From: Felis catus
Lineage: Eukaryota
Reading direction: 5' to 3'
Length of the DNA: 64,000 bases
NCBI RefSeq assembly: GCF_018350175.1
Contig: NC_058368.1
Coordinates: 174,470,001-174,534,000 of the forward strand
Shown: positions 24,900 to 36,467 of the stretch, one piece after another
Position numbering within the stretch: position 1 is the stretch's first letter
Layout: the number at the start of each line of letters is the position of its first letter
The notes under the pieces: model-generated
The model's input: only the letters and a program-made list of their open reading frames with translations
Database searches by the model: none
What the model was told of the DNA's origin: nothing
Position numbers and translations under genes: made by a program

Positions 24900-25520
24900 G
24901 GATGCCGCGTTAATCGTCTATGGTGGCCTAACGGATGACCAGAATCTTCCTGGCTTCACACAGCACACGTTAGCTCACAATTCTGTGGGTCAGAAGTCCG
25001 TGTGTGGTATGGCTGGAGGCTCTGCTTTGGGTCACATACGAGGCTGACCTCCAAGCTTCGGTAGGACCACGTGCCTTTCTGGAGCTCCTGGTGCTCCTCA
25101 AGGCTCCTGTGGTTTGGAGAAGAATCCAGTTCCGCGTGGCCGTAGGAGGGAGGCTCCTGTCTTTTTGGTGACTGTTATCGGGGGATCACTGTCAGCTCCT
25201 GGAGGCCGTCCTCGCTCCCTCACCCAGCAGCTTGCTTGCTCAAAGCCAGCAACCGAATTTCTCTGTGTCTTTAAGTCTCTCAAACTCCCTTCAAGCGCTC
25301 ACTTGATTATCGGGACCACCCGGGAAAACGTCTTCTATGACGAAATCGAATTCTGTTGGTGAGGGACCTTCATTACATTTGTAAAACCTCTTTGGCCATA
25401 CAATTTAAGAAAATTACGGGAGTGAGCTCTCATCCGATTCACGGTTGCTGCTCACGATTAAGTAGAGGGGATTATTCCCTGTATGAGTCCACACGCCGAC
25501 TTAATCGGAACGTCTGCTTA
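24900..25520 (-). mobile_element. MaLR LTR (MLT1E-like)
   Basis: ctcacaattctgtgggtcagaagtcc...agaatccagttcc...tcaaagccagcaa...gggaccttcattacatttgtaaaacc. Confidence 0.75.
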
Positions 25521-26002
25521 ACTCAGAGGGCCTACCGTGAGGGTGTGAAGACTCCGTTCTTGAGTTGGCCCCGCCCGGGAGGCTATGTTTCAATCAGCCT
25601 CAGATGCTCAAAGACCTCAGCTTTATCTTTTCCTGTTTGGGTCCGAGAGCGAGGAACTCTTCAAGATCTAAGGATCTTGAATTTCTGGACTCTTTATCGT
25701 GGCTTAGTCTTGACAAAAAGTGGGCTGATTTTTTTGTGTGTGTGTGTGATCTCATCTCTTTTTTGTACTATTTGTCACTTGCTACAAATAGGCATCAAGG
25801 CACGCGGCTGAAATTCTGTCTGCCTCCCTTTTAGTCTAAAGCGACAGCCCATCAGGGCTGTCACCTGTCTTCTAGGTTACGGCAGGTGAGAGTTTTACCA
25901 ATAATTTCACCACTGAATTGCACGAGACTGCCATCCTTCTGGTTTCAATGCTGAGTATTTTAGGTTTTGTAGCAGACACCCCACTTTGGAACAAATTCCT
26001 TT

Positions 26003-26378
26003 TTTAGTGGAACAGGCTGGGTGTGCCGCAGTGTAACAGATGACTTAAAAATCTCAGTGGCTTGCCGCAAGAAATTTTCATGACTTGCCCCTGTGTCATA
26101 CTCATCCCAGGTCGGCCACATCGTTGCTCTGATACCCGGTGATGGAGCAGCCCGTATAAGGGACAGTTCCAGTTTTGTGGCAGAGGGGAAAAGAGACACG
26201 GGCGCTTAGAACTTCTGCCTGAAGTGACAAATATCACTCCTGCCCACATTTCATCGCGAAAGGCAAGTTAAATGGACACCCTCTGTTCAACAGGGTGGAG
26301 ATGTGAGGATAATGGAGAGGTGATGGAGGGTGGGAGGGAAATTAGTATATCAGCAAACAGGAATGTAATCTAATACTC
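26003..26378 (-). mobile_element. MaLR LTR (MLT1L-like)
   Basis: aaatctcagtggctt...gatggagcagcc...gtggcagaggggaaaagag...gaagtgacaaatatcactcctgcccacatttcat. Confidence 0.75.
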
Positions 26379-26851
26379 CCATGGCCCCGTTTTGAAAGGG
26401 TATTTTCACCTCCCTTCAGGACCTCTCCCTTCGTAGCTCTGTTGAGAAATATGCTTTTGCAACTTGGGAAGCAGGACTGAGATCCTCCTTCAAGGAGGGG
26501 GTAGAGTCATCTCTATGCTTTGACTGGCATTTCCTAACCTCTTTTCCCACCCGGATCTGGGCACTGTTAAACCCTCCGACTCTTTATCCACCTAGCAAGG
26601 CATTCCCAGGGATGCCTTACCACCCGTGTCTCTCCTTAGTTTACGTGTAGGACTCAGGTAATGGGAAGCATGGTTGATTTCAGGAGGACGAAATACAGGT
26701 GCCTCGCGGCGAACGGGGGAGCTCTGTCCACACCGATGTCTGAACTGAGCCTCAGAGTTTGAGGAGGAGTTTGCCAGATGTCAGAGGTAAGAGTTAGGGA
26801 GGCGAGACTGGGAATTCTGAGCCCAGAACAATGAGTGTGAAGACCTGAAAA

Positions 26852-27000
26852 GCAGTGTAGTGTGGTGGTTGAGAGTCTAGGTTTTAGAGCTAGACCGTTT
26901 TGGGTTTGAATGCCAGATCCGAGATTTACTGGCTGGGCGGCTTTGGACGAGTCACCCCAGTCCCCCGAGCCTCTGTCTCCTCCCGTGTAACATGGTGGTT
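26852..27000 (+). mobile_element. MIR SINE, interrupted by a CAN-SINE
   Basis: gcagtgtagtgtggtggttgagag...tgggtttgaatgccag...gagcctctgtctcc. Confidence 0.7.
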
Positions 27001-27001
27001 T

Positions 27002-27228
27002 CTCTTTTCTTCTCTCTCTCTTTTTTTTAATGTTTATTTATTTTTGAGAAAGAGAGAGAGGGAGAGAGAGTGGAGAAGGGGCAGAGAGAGAGGGAGACAC
27101 AGAATGTGAAGCAGGTTCCAGGCTCTGAGCTGTCAGCACAGAGCCCAACGCAGGGCTCGAACTCACCAACCGTGAGATCACGACCTGGGCCGAAAACCAA
27201 GTGCCGGACATTTAACCGACTGGGCCAC
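27002..27228 (-). mobile_element. CAN-SINE, 5' end shortened by about 10 nt
   Basis: Body ends ccgactgggccac with no ccaggcgcccc; ggtggttt on both flanks. Confidence 0.92.
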
Positions 27229-27493
27229 AAGGTGGTTTTTGGCCTCGAAGGAGTATTATGAAAATGAAAAGAGAGACCACGTATAATTTGTTACTTGACA
27301 CATCGGTATAAGTGACCAAAATCACTCTTAATAAAGGCACATAAATATAACAAGAGTAAGGTGTTACTAGGAAAAGCGAGTAGACTGGTGTGTGGATGGG
27401 ATGAATGTAAGACATGATGCTCCAGAGTGGGAGGAAGCAGGGGATAGAAGATGAAGCCAAGCATGTTAAGTTGTGAAGTCTCGAGTATCTTTT

Positions 27494-27701
27494 TTTTTTA
27501 ACGTTTATTTATTTTTGAGACAGAGAGAGACAGAGCATGAACGGGGGAGGGGCAGAGAGAGAGGGAGACACAGAATCAGAAGCAGGCTCCAGGCTCTGAG
27601 CCATCAGCCCAGAGCCTGACGCGGGGCTCGAACTCACGGACCGCGAGATCGTGACCTGGCTGAAGTCGGCCGCTTAACCGACTGAGCCACCCAGGTGCCC
27701 C
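27494..27701 (-). mobile_element. CAN-SINE, distal member of a composite insertion
   Basis: Full body with the young-type acctggctgaagtc variant; no TSD of its own. Confidence 0.95.
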
Positions 27702-27794
27702 TAGTCCCTGCTTTAATAGCGATAGCAATTACAGCACACAAGATGGTTGGGATGGCAATGGCTAACGTGACTGAGCTCTTGATCGTGTGGAATC

Positions 27795-28009
27795 TTTTTT
27801 TTTTTTTTAACGTTTATTTATTTTTGAGACAGAGAGAGACAGAGCATGAAGGGGGGAGGGGCAGAGAGAGGGAGACACAGAATCGGAAGCAGGCTCCAGG
27901 CTCTGAGCCATCAGCCCAGAGCCCGACGCGGGGCTTGAACTCACGGACCGCGAGATCGTGACCTGAGTCGAAGTCGGCCGCCCAACCGACTGAGCCACCC
28001 AGGCCCCCC
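27795..28009 (-). mobile_element. CAN-SINE, leading member of a composite insertion
   Basis: Full body with the acctgagtcgaagtc variant; shares TSD tcgagtatctttt with the distal SINE. Confidence 0.95.
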
Positions 28010-28022
28010 TCGAGTATCTTTT

Positions 28023-28285
28023 GAGAGGGGAGTTTTGGGTTTTATATAAAGACGAAAGATAATGATGGGACGAGGTGACAAGAGACATAGCGCCATCAGA
28101 TTTGGGCCTAGAGAGCTCATTCTGTAGCAGGGCAGAGGACAAACCACAAGCAGGGACCAGTTGGGAGACTGGCATCACGACCAGGTGAGAGATGAACTGG
28201 CTTGATCTGGGGCAGGGACATGGCCATGGGGATGCTGACACACGGGAGCTTCAGAGTCATTTGTTGTAAAATCAAAGACTGATGA
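28023..28285 (-). mobile_element. L2 LINE fragment, host of the composite SINE (continues at about 27370-27480)
   Basis: atcagatttgggcctagagagctcattctg...ccagttgggagactg...ccaggtgagagatga. Confidence 0.6.
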
Positions 28286-28309
28286 GAGGAAAAAAAAACA
28301 CCCCACTTG

Positions 28310-28620
28310 CGTCCCGTGAAGGGGTCCCGGGGCTCTCAGCTTCTAGAGGCCACCATAGTCCCCTGAGGCCACGCCCAGCTTGTGGATGCACGGATCACTT
28401 TCACAACATGGCCGCTTACTTCTCCAGCATCATTCAGGGAGAGTCTCTCCCACTTCAGTCTGCTAACACGAGGCTCCCAGAATCACACGAGTGACATCCC
28501 ATCACCTCTGCCAGGTCCTGTTGGTTAGAAGCAAGTCACGGCTTCGTCTGTACGGAGGGGAGGAGATTATCCAAAGGTGTGACTCAGCGGGAGTGGCCCC
28601 TCAGGAGGTATTCACCACGC
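28310..28620 (-). mobile_element. MaLR LTR fragment (MLT1F-like)
   Basis: tcacaacatggccgcttacttc...gagtgacatcccatcacctctgcc...ttggttagaagcaagtcac. Confidence 0.7.
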
Positions 28621-29279
28621 TCTGTCACAGCGATGGGACATAGTAGGTGCACAATAAATGCACATTGAAGACGTAGATGAGGAAGACTGGATCTGGTAAA
28701 ACAAGGGGCAGGGAAACCTAACAGGGCTTGTATTTCCGTATCTTTGCAGCACTTAACTCCCGTGGGCACATGAATTGGTTTAAAAGAGAGATATTAGAAT
28801 GGACTCGTGTTCTTGGGTCTTAATTCTCATCCTGGATTTCCCCCTGGATATAGGATGATCACGCACAAAATTGGGCAACTAGGCCTTGGGGTGGGGATAA
28901 GGGGTGCAGGCTGCCTTGCCCGGTGAATAACCTGTCCCACCCAGGTAAGTGCCGAGGGAATGGGAGGCGGGAGGGGAAGTCTTCTAATATTTCCGTGCTT
29001 GCTGTGTGCAAGGGGGGGATTTCTGCAATTACCAGAGCAGCTCTGCCTGTTGGGATACGAAAGCCCCAATGCCGAGGGCGACCCAATCCCTTCTGCTCCT
29101 GATTTCTCCTCTTCTCTACCCAAATGAATTTTTCTCTCTGTAAGCCCTTCCTGGGAAAGTCGGTTGCAATCTTGGGTCCCATCTGTCTTTCTGGCTTCAA
29201 GCCAAACAGCTTCATTAAAAATTGGGGGAAGGCTTTCCCGCACTGTTCTCGGCTTGCACCATAGCAGAGGGAGAGGAGT

Positions 29280-29730
29280 TGGCGAGGAGGGGCGTTCTGG
29301 AAGCAGAGCCGGAGGCAAAGACTTCAGTGCACGTGGTGTTGGGGAGGCGACCCCAGGAAGCACCAGGAGGGGAGTGGAGAAGTGAGACAGGGAAGGGAAA
29401 GACGCGCAAACAGGGTGTATTTGTGAGCCCGTGGCCACTGTCGGTGGCTGCGGGATAATCGCACTGGTAACCCTGAGGGACTGTAAACATGCTTCAGAGT
29501 GGTCTCGGTCAAATGGCAAGGAAGTAAGGGCAATTTATCACCAGTTCTTGGCCATGGATGCTTGAGGGAAGCCTCCAAGGACGTTCTTTCCCATAGTTCT
29601 GCGGCCCACGTGTAGGACGAGAAGAAGGCTGCCTTCAGGTGCAGGTGCTTATAGTAAGAAGTCCAACAGGGTGTACAGATAGAATGAGTGCTTATATCAT
29701 GGGGATATGACAGGTCAGTAGCAGCAGGTG
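29280..29730 (-). mobile_element. ERVL LTR (LTR33-like)
   Basis: gaagcagagccggaggcaaagacttcagtgca...cccaggaagcaccaggaggggagtggagaagtgagacagggaagggaa. Confidence 0.75.
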
Positions 29731-30340
29731 CTAAAAGGCATCTCAGGCGGTCAATACTGAGAGTCCTGCTAAGCCCGTAGGCACGAAGAAAGCACGATTT
29801 GTAGAAAACACCTTTCCATTTGTTGCCGGATTCAGTCCGCCAACATTTTGCTCGGATTTTTTTGTATCCGTACTCACGAGAGGTTGATCTGTAGTTTTCT
29901 TGTGATGTCTCTGTCTTGCTTTAATATTGAGGTAGCACCAGCGTCCTTAAATGAATTATGAAGTTTTCCTTTCTTGTCTGTTTTCAGAATTTTCTTCCTT
30001 CGATGACTGATAGAACTCAACAGCGAAGCTGTCTGGGCCCGGGCTGTTCTACGTGGGAAGATTTTCAATTGCTAATTCAATTTATCTACTCAGTGTAGGT
30101 CTATTCGGATTTTCGATTCCTTCTGGAGTCACTTTTGGTAACTTGTGGCTATCCAGGGGCTTGTTCATTTCATCGAAGCCTAATTTGTTGGCCTAAAGTT
30201 GTTTATAAATGTTCCATTACAATCTTTTTAGTTTCTGTCGGTTTGCGACTTTTCTTTCTTCACTCCCGACTGATAATTGTGTCTTCTTTATTTTTTTCTT
30301 AGTCACGGTGGTTACAGGTGCATCCATTTTGTTGATCTTT

Positions 30341-30561
30341 TTATTTTTAATTAAAAACAATTTTTTTAATGTTTATTTTTGAGAGAGGGAGAGAGACAGA
30401 GCGCGAGCAGGGGAGGGGCAGAGAGAGAGGGAGACACAGAATCCGAAGGAGGCTCCAGGCTCCGAGCTGTCAGCACAGAGCGGGGCTCAAACTCACGAAC
30501 CGTGAGATCATGACCTGAGCCGAAGTTGGACGCTTAATTCACTGAGCCACCCAGGCGCCCC
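30341..30561 (-). mobile_element. CAN-SINE inside L1
   Basis: 15-bp TSD attttgttgatcttt at 30326-30340 and 30563-30577. Confidence 0.96.
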
Positions 30562-31011
30562 AATTTTGTTGATCTTTACAAAGAATTGATGTTCGGTTTC
30601 ATTGGTTTCCTACATTTCTCTAATGTACTGATTTTTGCCCTTACAGTTACTAATTCCTTTTGTTTTATTTATTTGTTCTTCCTCTTCTAGATTCTTGAGG
30701 TTGAACCTTAGGCTATTGATTTTTTGGTGTCGTTTTCTTTCTCTGTATTTTTAGCTATAAATTTCCATCGAAACACTGCTTTGGGTGCAGCCAATGTATT
30801 TTGATTTGTTGTGTTTTTCTTTTTTTTCGGTTATTGTACCTTTTGGGGGGAATTTTTATTTTTCTCCTGGGATTCTCCATTTGTTAAGCCATTGCCTTCA
30901 CATCTCCCTTTAAGTTTTTTGTACGTAGTTTCCATTAAATTCTTTGAACATTTTTTAATGGTAGCCTTTTTGATGTCTCTGTCGGGTAAACATATCTAAA
31001 ATAAGTTTCTT

Positions 31012-31225
31012 GGGGCGCCTGGGTGGTGCAGTCGGCTAAGCGTCCGACTTCAGCCAGGTCACGATCTCGAGGTCCGTGAGTTCGAGCCCCGCGTCGGGCT
31101 CTGGGCTGATGGCTCAGAGCCTGGAGCCTGTTTCCGATTCTGTGTCTCCCTCTCTCTCTGCCCCTCCCCTGTTCATGCTCTGTCTCTCTCTGTCCCAAAA
31201 ATAAATAAACGTTGAAAAAAAATTT
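31012..31225 (+). mobile_element. Young CAN-SINE (SINEC_Fc-like)
   Basis: 14-bp TSD taaaataagtttct at 30997-31010 and 31226-31239. Confidence 0.97.
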
Positions 31226-32183
31226 TAAAATAAGTTTCTACTTACTGTTTTTTTCCTCTGAAAACGCGTCACAGTCTGCGATTCTTTACACGTCTCAGTG
31301 TTTGGTTGAAACTAAACACTTGAGATAAAATATTGTATGATTCTAGATTCTGTTTTATTTTCTGGAGCGTGGTTAGTTTTTAAAACGTGATTTCCCTGGA
31401 CGAAGCTATGGAAGCCAGCTCTCCCGCAGTGGGCAGCCACAACTTCTATTCTTGTTTTGATTTACTAGCCTTGCTTTCCGGGGCCACGCCTGTGTCTGCA
31501 GAGCTGAGTGGTCAATGATCTGGGTACAGGTTGTCTTCAAATACCCGGAGCCCCTAAGCTCCTAGTGTATGCTGACCGATACGAGGGTGGGTTGAGGAAT
31601 GCACTCAGAGAAGTAGGCAGTTGTCAAGTTTCTCTTGTGTTTTAGTTTGTGCTGTGCTTTTTTGGTGTCTCTTGAACATATGTGTAGTTTTTTTCCATCG
31701 GCCAGCGATGCGTACAGAGCTCATTTCTACAGCTTTCTCATTGTCAGGATTGTTTCTGTCTTCTTCGCTGTTACATGCATCCCATCCTAGAAGGATGCCT
31801 GACACGTGAGAGGTGTTCGGGAAACGGTAGCTGAATAAACAGATTACTGTTTCAAAATTGGATCCGGAAAGGAAGTTGGTTTTTGTCTTTGTGCGTCACC
31901 AACTCAAAGCGTAGAACGTGACCCAGAGGGGTCACACGCTCATACGTTAGCAGTAGTAAAACTATCCCTGCTCCTTGATGAGCAACTGTTCAGAAGGGTT
32001 CTATGGGTGAGCTGTACCAAGCATTCAACTAACAGGTGACGTCCGTTTTGTATAATAACTTCTAGAGTATTGTAATATCAGAAGAGCGAATCAACGCACT
32101 TCACAAGCCTGGAACGACCGTGGTGTCAAACTGAAAAGAGTAGTTTGAGAAAAGAAAACGGCAGGCTGGCTGGTCTCACTTTA

Positions 32184-32409
32184 TTTATTTATTAAAAAAA
32201 AATTTTTTTTAACGTTTATTTTTGAGACAGAGAGAGACAGAGCATGAATGGGGGAGGGTCAGAGAGAGAGGGGGACACAGAATCCAAAACAGGCTCCAGG
32301 CTCTGAGCTGTCAGCACAGAGCCCGACGCGGGGCTCGAACTCACGGACTGCGAGATCGTGACCTGAGCCGAAGTCGGACGCTCAACCGACTGAGCCACCC
32401 AGGCGCCCC
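32184..32409 (-). mobile_element. CAN-SINE
   Basis: 13-bp TSD tggtctcacttta at 32171-32183 and 32411-32423. Confidence 0.96.
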
Positions 32410-32609
32410 ATGGTCTCACTTTAAAAACATAAATGTAAATGGCCCCAAGCAAAACATTAGTCTATGAATTCTAATTAAAAAAAAAAATCAAATTTAAGCA
32501 TCAAACATTTTAGAAACACGTCCAGGATCACCTCTGCCACTTGTAGCTGTGTGGCCTCCGGAAACAACCTCTCAGAGCCTCGGTTTCCTTCGTTAAAACA
32601 TGGGATCCA

Positions 32610-32826
32610 GGGGCGCTTGGGTGGCTCACTCAGTTAAGCGTCCGACTCTCCATTTCAGCTCAAGTCATGACCTCACGGTTCACGGGATCGAGCCCCGTGT
32701 CCGGCTCTGCCCTGGTAGTGCGGAACCTGCTTGGGATCCTCTCTCTCTCTCTCCCTCTCTCTGCCCCTTGCTCGTTCCTTTTCTCTCTCTCAAAAATACG
32801 TAAAGAAATATTACAAAAATAAAATG
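32610..32826 (+). mobile_element. Older CAN-SINE following a MIR fragment
   Basis: ggggcgcttgggtggctcactcagttaagcgtccgactc...cctgcttgggatcctctctc. Confidence 0.92.
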
Positions 32827-33149
32827 TTGTCTACACAACGGGATTGATAAAGTCCCTCTCACTCCTCCATGCTTTCGTTCATTCCATTTTTATCAGAGGT
32901 CGCACGTGCCATCTGCTGCCTGTGGCATCGGGGACCAGCGTCAGCACGGTTACTGCCACGGTGGCCCGTGTGGAAGTGTATTCACGCAGCACCGTGCCTG
33001 GCGCGTAGTAGGTGCTTAGAAAGGGTGGATTCCTTGCCCACATCCAGTCTTCTAGCCAAACTCAGTGGTACCACTAGCTCATTTGCATTCTCATTCTCAC
33101 CTCCCAAGGGAGCCCATCCCTGCTCATGCTTCCCATCTCATCCCATTAA

Positions 33150-33375
33150 AGAGCAGCCCGTCCCTTTGGATCTGATCACCCCATCTGCTTTTCTTTCATG
33201 GCACCTGCCAATTTCTAAACCGACCTTTAAAGTATTTCCCCCTTTTACCGTCCGTGTCCCTGTCTGAAAGCTAAGCTTCCTGAGAGCAGGGACCTGTTTC
33301 CTTTATTCTTTGCTGAGACCGCAGCTCCTGGAGGGGTGCGTGGCACACAGAAGTGCTCCACAAATAGGGAGTGAG
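33150..33375 (+). mobile_element. L2 LINE 3' end
   Basis: taagcttcctgagagcagggacctgtttc...tggcacacagaagtgctccacaaata. Confidence 0.65.
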
Positions 33376-33434
33376 ATTACCGAGGGCCCGTGTCTTGTCC
33401 CTCCCTGCAGCTCCCTGCTGGGCCCAGAGGCTGG

Positions 33435-33500
33435 GACCCACGAACAGTGAGATCGTGACCTGAGACAAAGTCAGACGGACTCAGCCACCCAGGCACCCCT
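33435..33500 (-). mobile_element. CAN-SINE 5' fragment
   Basis: cacgaacagtgagatcgtgacctgag...gccacccaggcacccc, with no CT tract or tail. Confidence 0.8.
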
Positions 33501-33710
33501 AATACGGTCATTTTAAAGGATTTATTGAAAAGCGGAAGAGGGAGAATGCATGTTGAAAGGCTGAAAACTGCCTCCAATTTACTCTTTTAGGTGGAAAAAT
33601 ACTATGTGCTCTATATATTGTATCCGGAACTGACATTAGATAATCTGTCAAGAGAGAAATTTAAAAACTTTTAATAAGTAATCATGGAATGTTTTTAACT
33701 TGCCTTTTAA

Positions 33711-33924
33711 TTTTTTTTTAACATTTATTTATTTTTGAGACAGAGAGAGACAGAGCATGAACGGGGGAGGGTCAGAGAGAGAGAGAGAGACACAGAATCT
33801 GAAACAGGCTCCAGGCTCTGAGCAGTCAGCACAGAACCCGACGCAGGGCTCGAACTCACATACCGTGAGATCGTGACCTGAGCCGAAGTCGGACGCTTAA
33901 CTGACTGAGCCACCCAGGCGCCCC
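33711..33924 (-). mobile_element. CAN-SINE
   Basis: 16-bp TSD ttaacttgccttttaa at 33695-33710 and 33925-33940. Confidence 0.97.
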
Positions 33925-34699
33925 TTAACTTGCCTTTTAAGACAGAAAGTGGAAACTTTGAAGGGGATGCAAAATACCCCAACAGATTTGGCAAAGCTTG
34001 AAAAAAAAAAGGGCTGACATGGAAAAAAATTGCAACACCCTTTTGAATAGATCACTGTTATTAAGCAATTCTATATTCTAGCTCACTGCCTCCAAAACTC
34101 ATTCAGTGGGCACGGTATCTTGCAAAGTAGGGATCCTTCTCTCCCATGTTAGGGAATTCTCTCCATTTGTCCGAGTTGACTAGAGCAGATCTGAAGTGAT
34201 TTGTTTGAGGACACATGGTAAACAGACAGCAGAGCCAGAATTTGAGATGCTCTTTCGCCTGTTTGGGTAAAAGCATCGTGGGCCACAGGGAATAGACCCA
34301 GCCCTTAGCCCTGGGTTCGCAGTGTGGATTTGGTGGTCGCATTTTGGGGACGTGGATTAGACGGCATGCAGAAGAGATCCAGAGGATGTCAGACTTGGGC
34401 AAAGGAAAGGGGTCAGGACGAGAGCTTTGGCGGCACCCGCGTTCTTCGGTACGGTGTGCTTCACTTTAGCAACGTCCCATTGTGAAGCGTTTGGTTAGAT
34501 CAAAACGTGTTTACAATCTGGGGAGTGTATGCAGTGCGCATGTGCATGTGAGTGGATACGTGTGAATCCAAGTGCACGCGCATGCACGCACATACGGAGA
34601 CACAGACGCACATTCGTGATCAGACTGCTTAATAAATTATTTATTTTTATTTCTTTAGGGTGGTGTCAATTCTCATTAGTTAAATTTTGGGGGGGGGGA

Positions 34700-34904
34700 G
34701 GGGTTGCCTGGGTGGCTCAGTCGGTTAAGCATCCCACTTCAGCCCAGGTCACGATCTCGCGGTTTGTGAGTCTGAGCTCCGCGTTGGGCTCAAAGCCTGG
34801 AGCCTGCTTCGGATCCTGGGTCTCCCTCTCTCTTTGCTCCTCCTCTGCTCACACTCTGTCTCTCAAAAACTAAATAAACATAAAAAAATAAAAATAAACA
34901 TAAA
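34700..34904 (+). mobile_element. CAN-SINE with a small internal deletion
   Basis: Head gcctgggtggctcagtcggttaagc; gggctc joined directly to aaagcctggagcc; A-rich tail. Confidence 0.92.
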
Positions 34905-35254
34905 GATTTTTTAAGGCGGAAGCAGCCCAACAGAGGGGAGTGATATGTAAATTTTCAACCCTCTTTAATGAAAATGGGAACTTCTACGGAAAAAATGCTC
35001 AGTACCAAACACACAGGTAGTCCTTTGTTAGCTCAAATTTGTCTCGCAATTTCAAATGAGGACAATTGCTTATGCTAAAGTTGACCAGGACAGCAAGGCA
35101 GATTCAGTGAATTCTGAATTTGAAACTGAGGCTTATGAATGGCTATCATATATCGGCCTCAGCACCCTGTCTAATGCCGCATTTTGTTTTATAGTTTAGT
35201 TGTTCAGTGTTGAGAAAGTTTCGATTCGTACAGAGAATTAGCTACAAACGGCAG

Positions 35255-35256
<2 letters not shown>

Positions 35257-35300
<44 letters not shown>
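35257..35300. repeat. T44 homopolymer
   Basis: 44 consecutive T. Confidence 0.95.
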
Positions 35301-35302
<2 letters not shown>

Positions 35303-36467
35303 CTATGACGTCTTTCCTTTTTTTCTAGAGATGTGACATACAGGTTTTCATGAGTAATGTTCTACGCAACATTGTACTAAAGTAAAGCCCGGACAGATGG
35401 CCAGAAAGCCGACCGCCCCTACTCATGCTGCACTGGGTCAGTGCAACGCCCACTCAGCAGAGGAGATTTTAAAAGGAAGAAGTGATTCAACTCATCTTTT
35501 TTTTTTTTTTTTTTTAACCAAATGCACTCCCACCCCAGCAGAAAACCATCAAGCTGAGTTGGGCGGAAGGGATTTTGAGCCAACCTGCAAACCTGCACAA
35601 ACGCACCTCTCCCATGCTGTCTTCACCCCGCTTTGGGCCACCTGGTCCGAAGTGCTGCAAGTCCGACCCAAGCGCGAGGGCCGGGGGTGTGGAGAAAATG
35701 TGAGTCACGCCTGCTGTGGTCTTTAGGCCAAGGCGGGTTCGCGATGACACCTTTGTGACATACCGACGTGCATGCCACCGGAAGGGGGCCCGCAGTTGGA
35801 ATGCTCAACATCGGCTTGCCCCAGAAGTCGGACTCAGAAGTAGCTAAGGGGGGGGGGGGTTCTCCCTTGGGGGGAGTATTGAATACAAGGTGCTTCGGGG
35901 GCAGAGAATTTTCTTTTTGCCTCATCAACAGTTGATATGAATGAAGAGCTGCAGACAGAGTCAGTCTTTCCGTGATGCATTCTACTGGCATCAGTAACCG
36001 AAACCTCTCACAGCCTCTCGGGTCAGCCATGTCTGGCCAGGACACCATTGCCTGCAAGGGGGGGAGTCGGGGCCACGGACTTTTCTGCGAAGCCACTGAG
36101 CCCCTGCTGATGTCTTGCTTCTGGCTTTCCTCTTCCGTCCTGTCCTCCAGAAGCGTGCCTTCCAAAGCCTGAAACTCGGTCAGTGTGCAGGCACCTACTG
36201 GGGGCCCAGCCGGCCTGTGCTTTCTAGGCTCTGGCCCCAGACCCCTCAGGCCGCGGTCTCTGCCTCGCTGACTTCACCACTGCTCTCACTACCTGCCCAG
36301 GTTTGCTTTTCACAGCTCCCCGAGTCATCTCAGGCTGTTTGTCAAGTGAAGCCGATCAAGCGTCTTGAAAGCACAGTACGATGCTATTTTGGCGTTAAAT
36401 CGTCAACAGCGTATTGGCATTTCTCTCTCTCTCTCTCTTTTTTTTTTAATATATATATATTTTTTAA

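Larger units (their letters stand above)
29810..31720 (-). mobile_element. Old L1 (L1M) fragments including decayed ORF2, interrupted by two SINEs
   Basis: ORF 29874-30068 (KGKLHNSFKDAGATSILKQDRDITRK) resembles L1 ORF2p [26 protein letters not shown]; T-rich plus strand; distal boundary uncertain. Confidence 0.75.

Noticed and set aside
29874..30068. ORF resembling a reverse-transcriptase-associated protein
   Set aside because: A decayed, frameshifted L1 ORF2 remnant; not an intact gene or a novel RT system.
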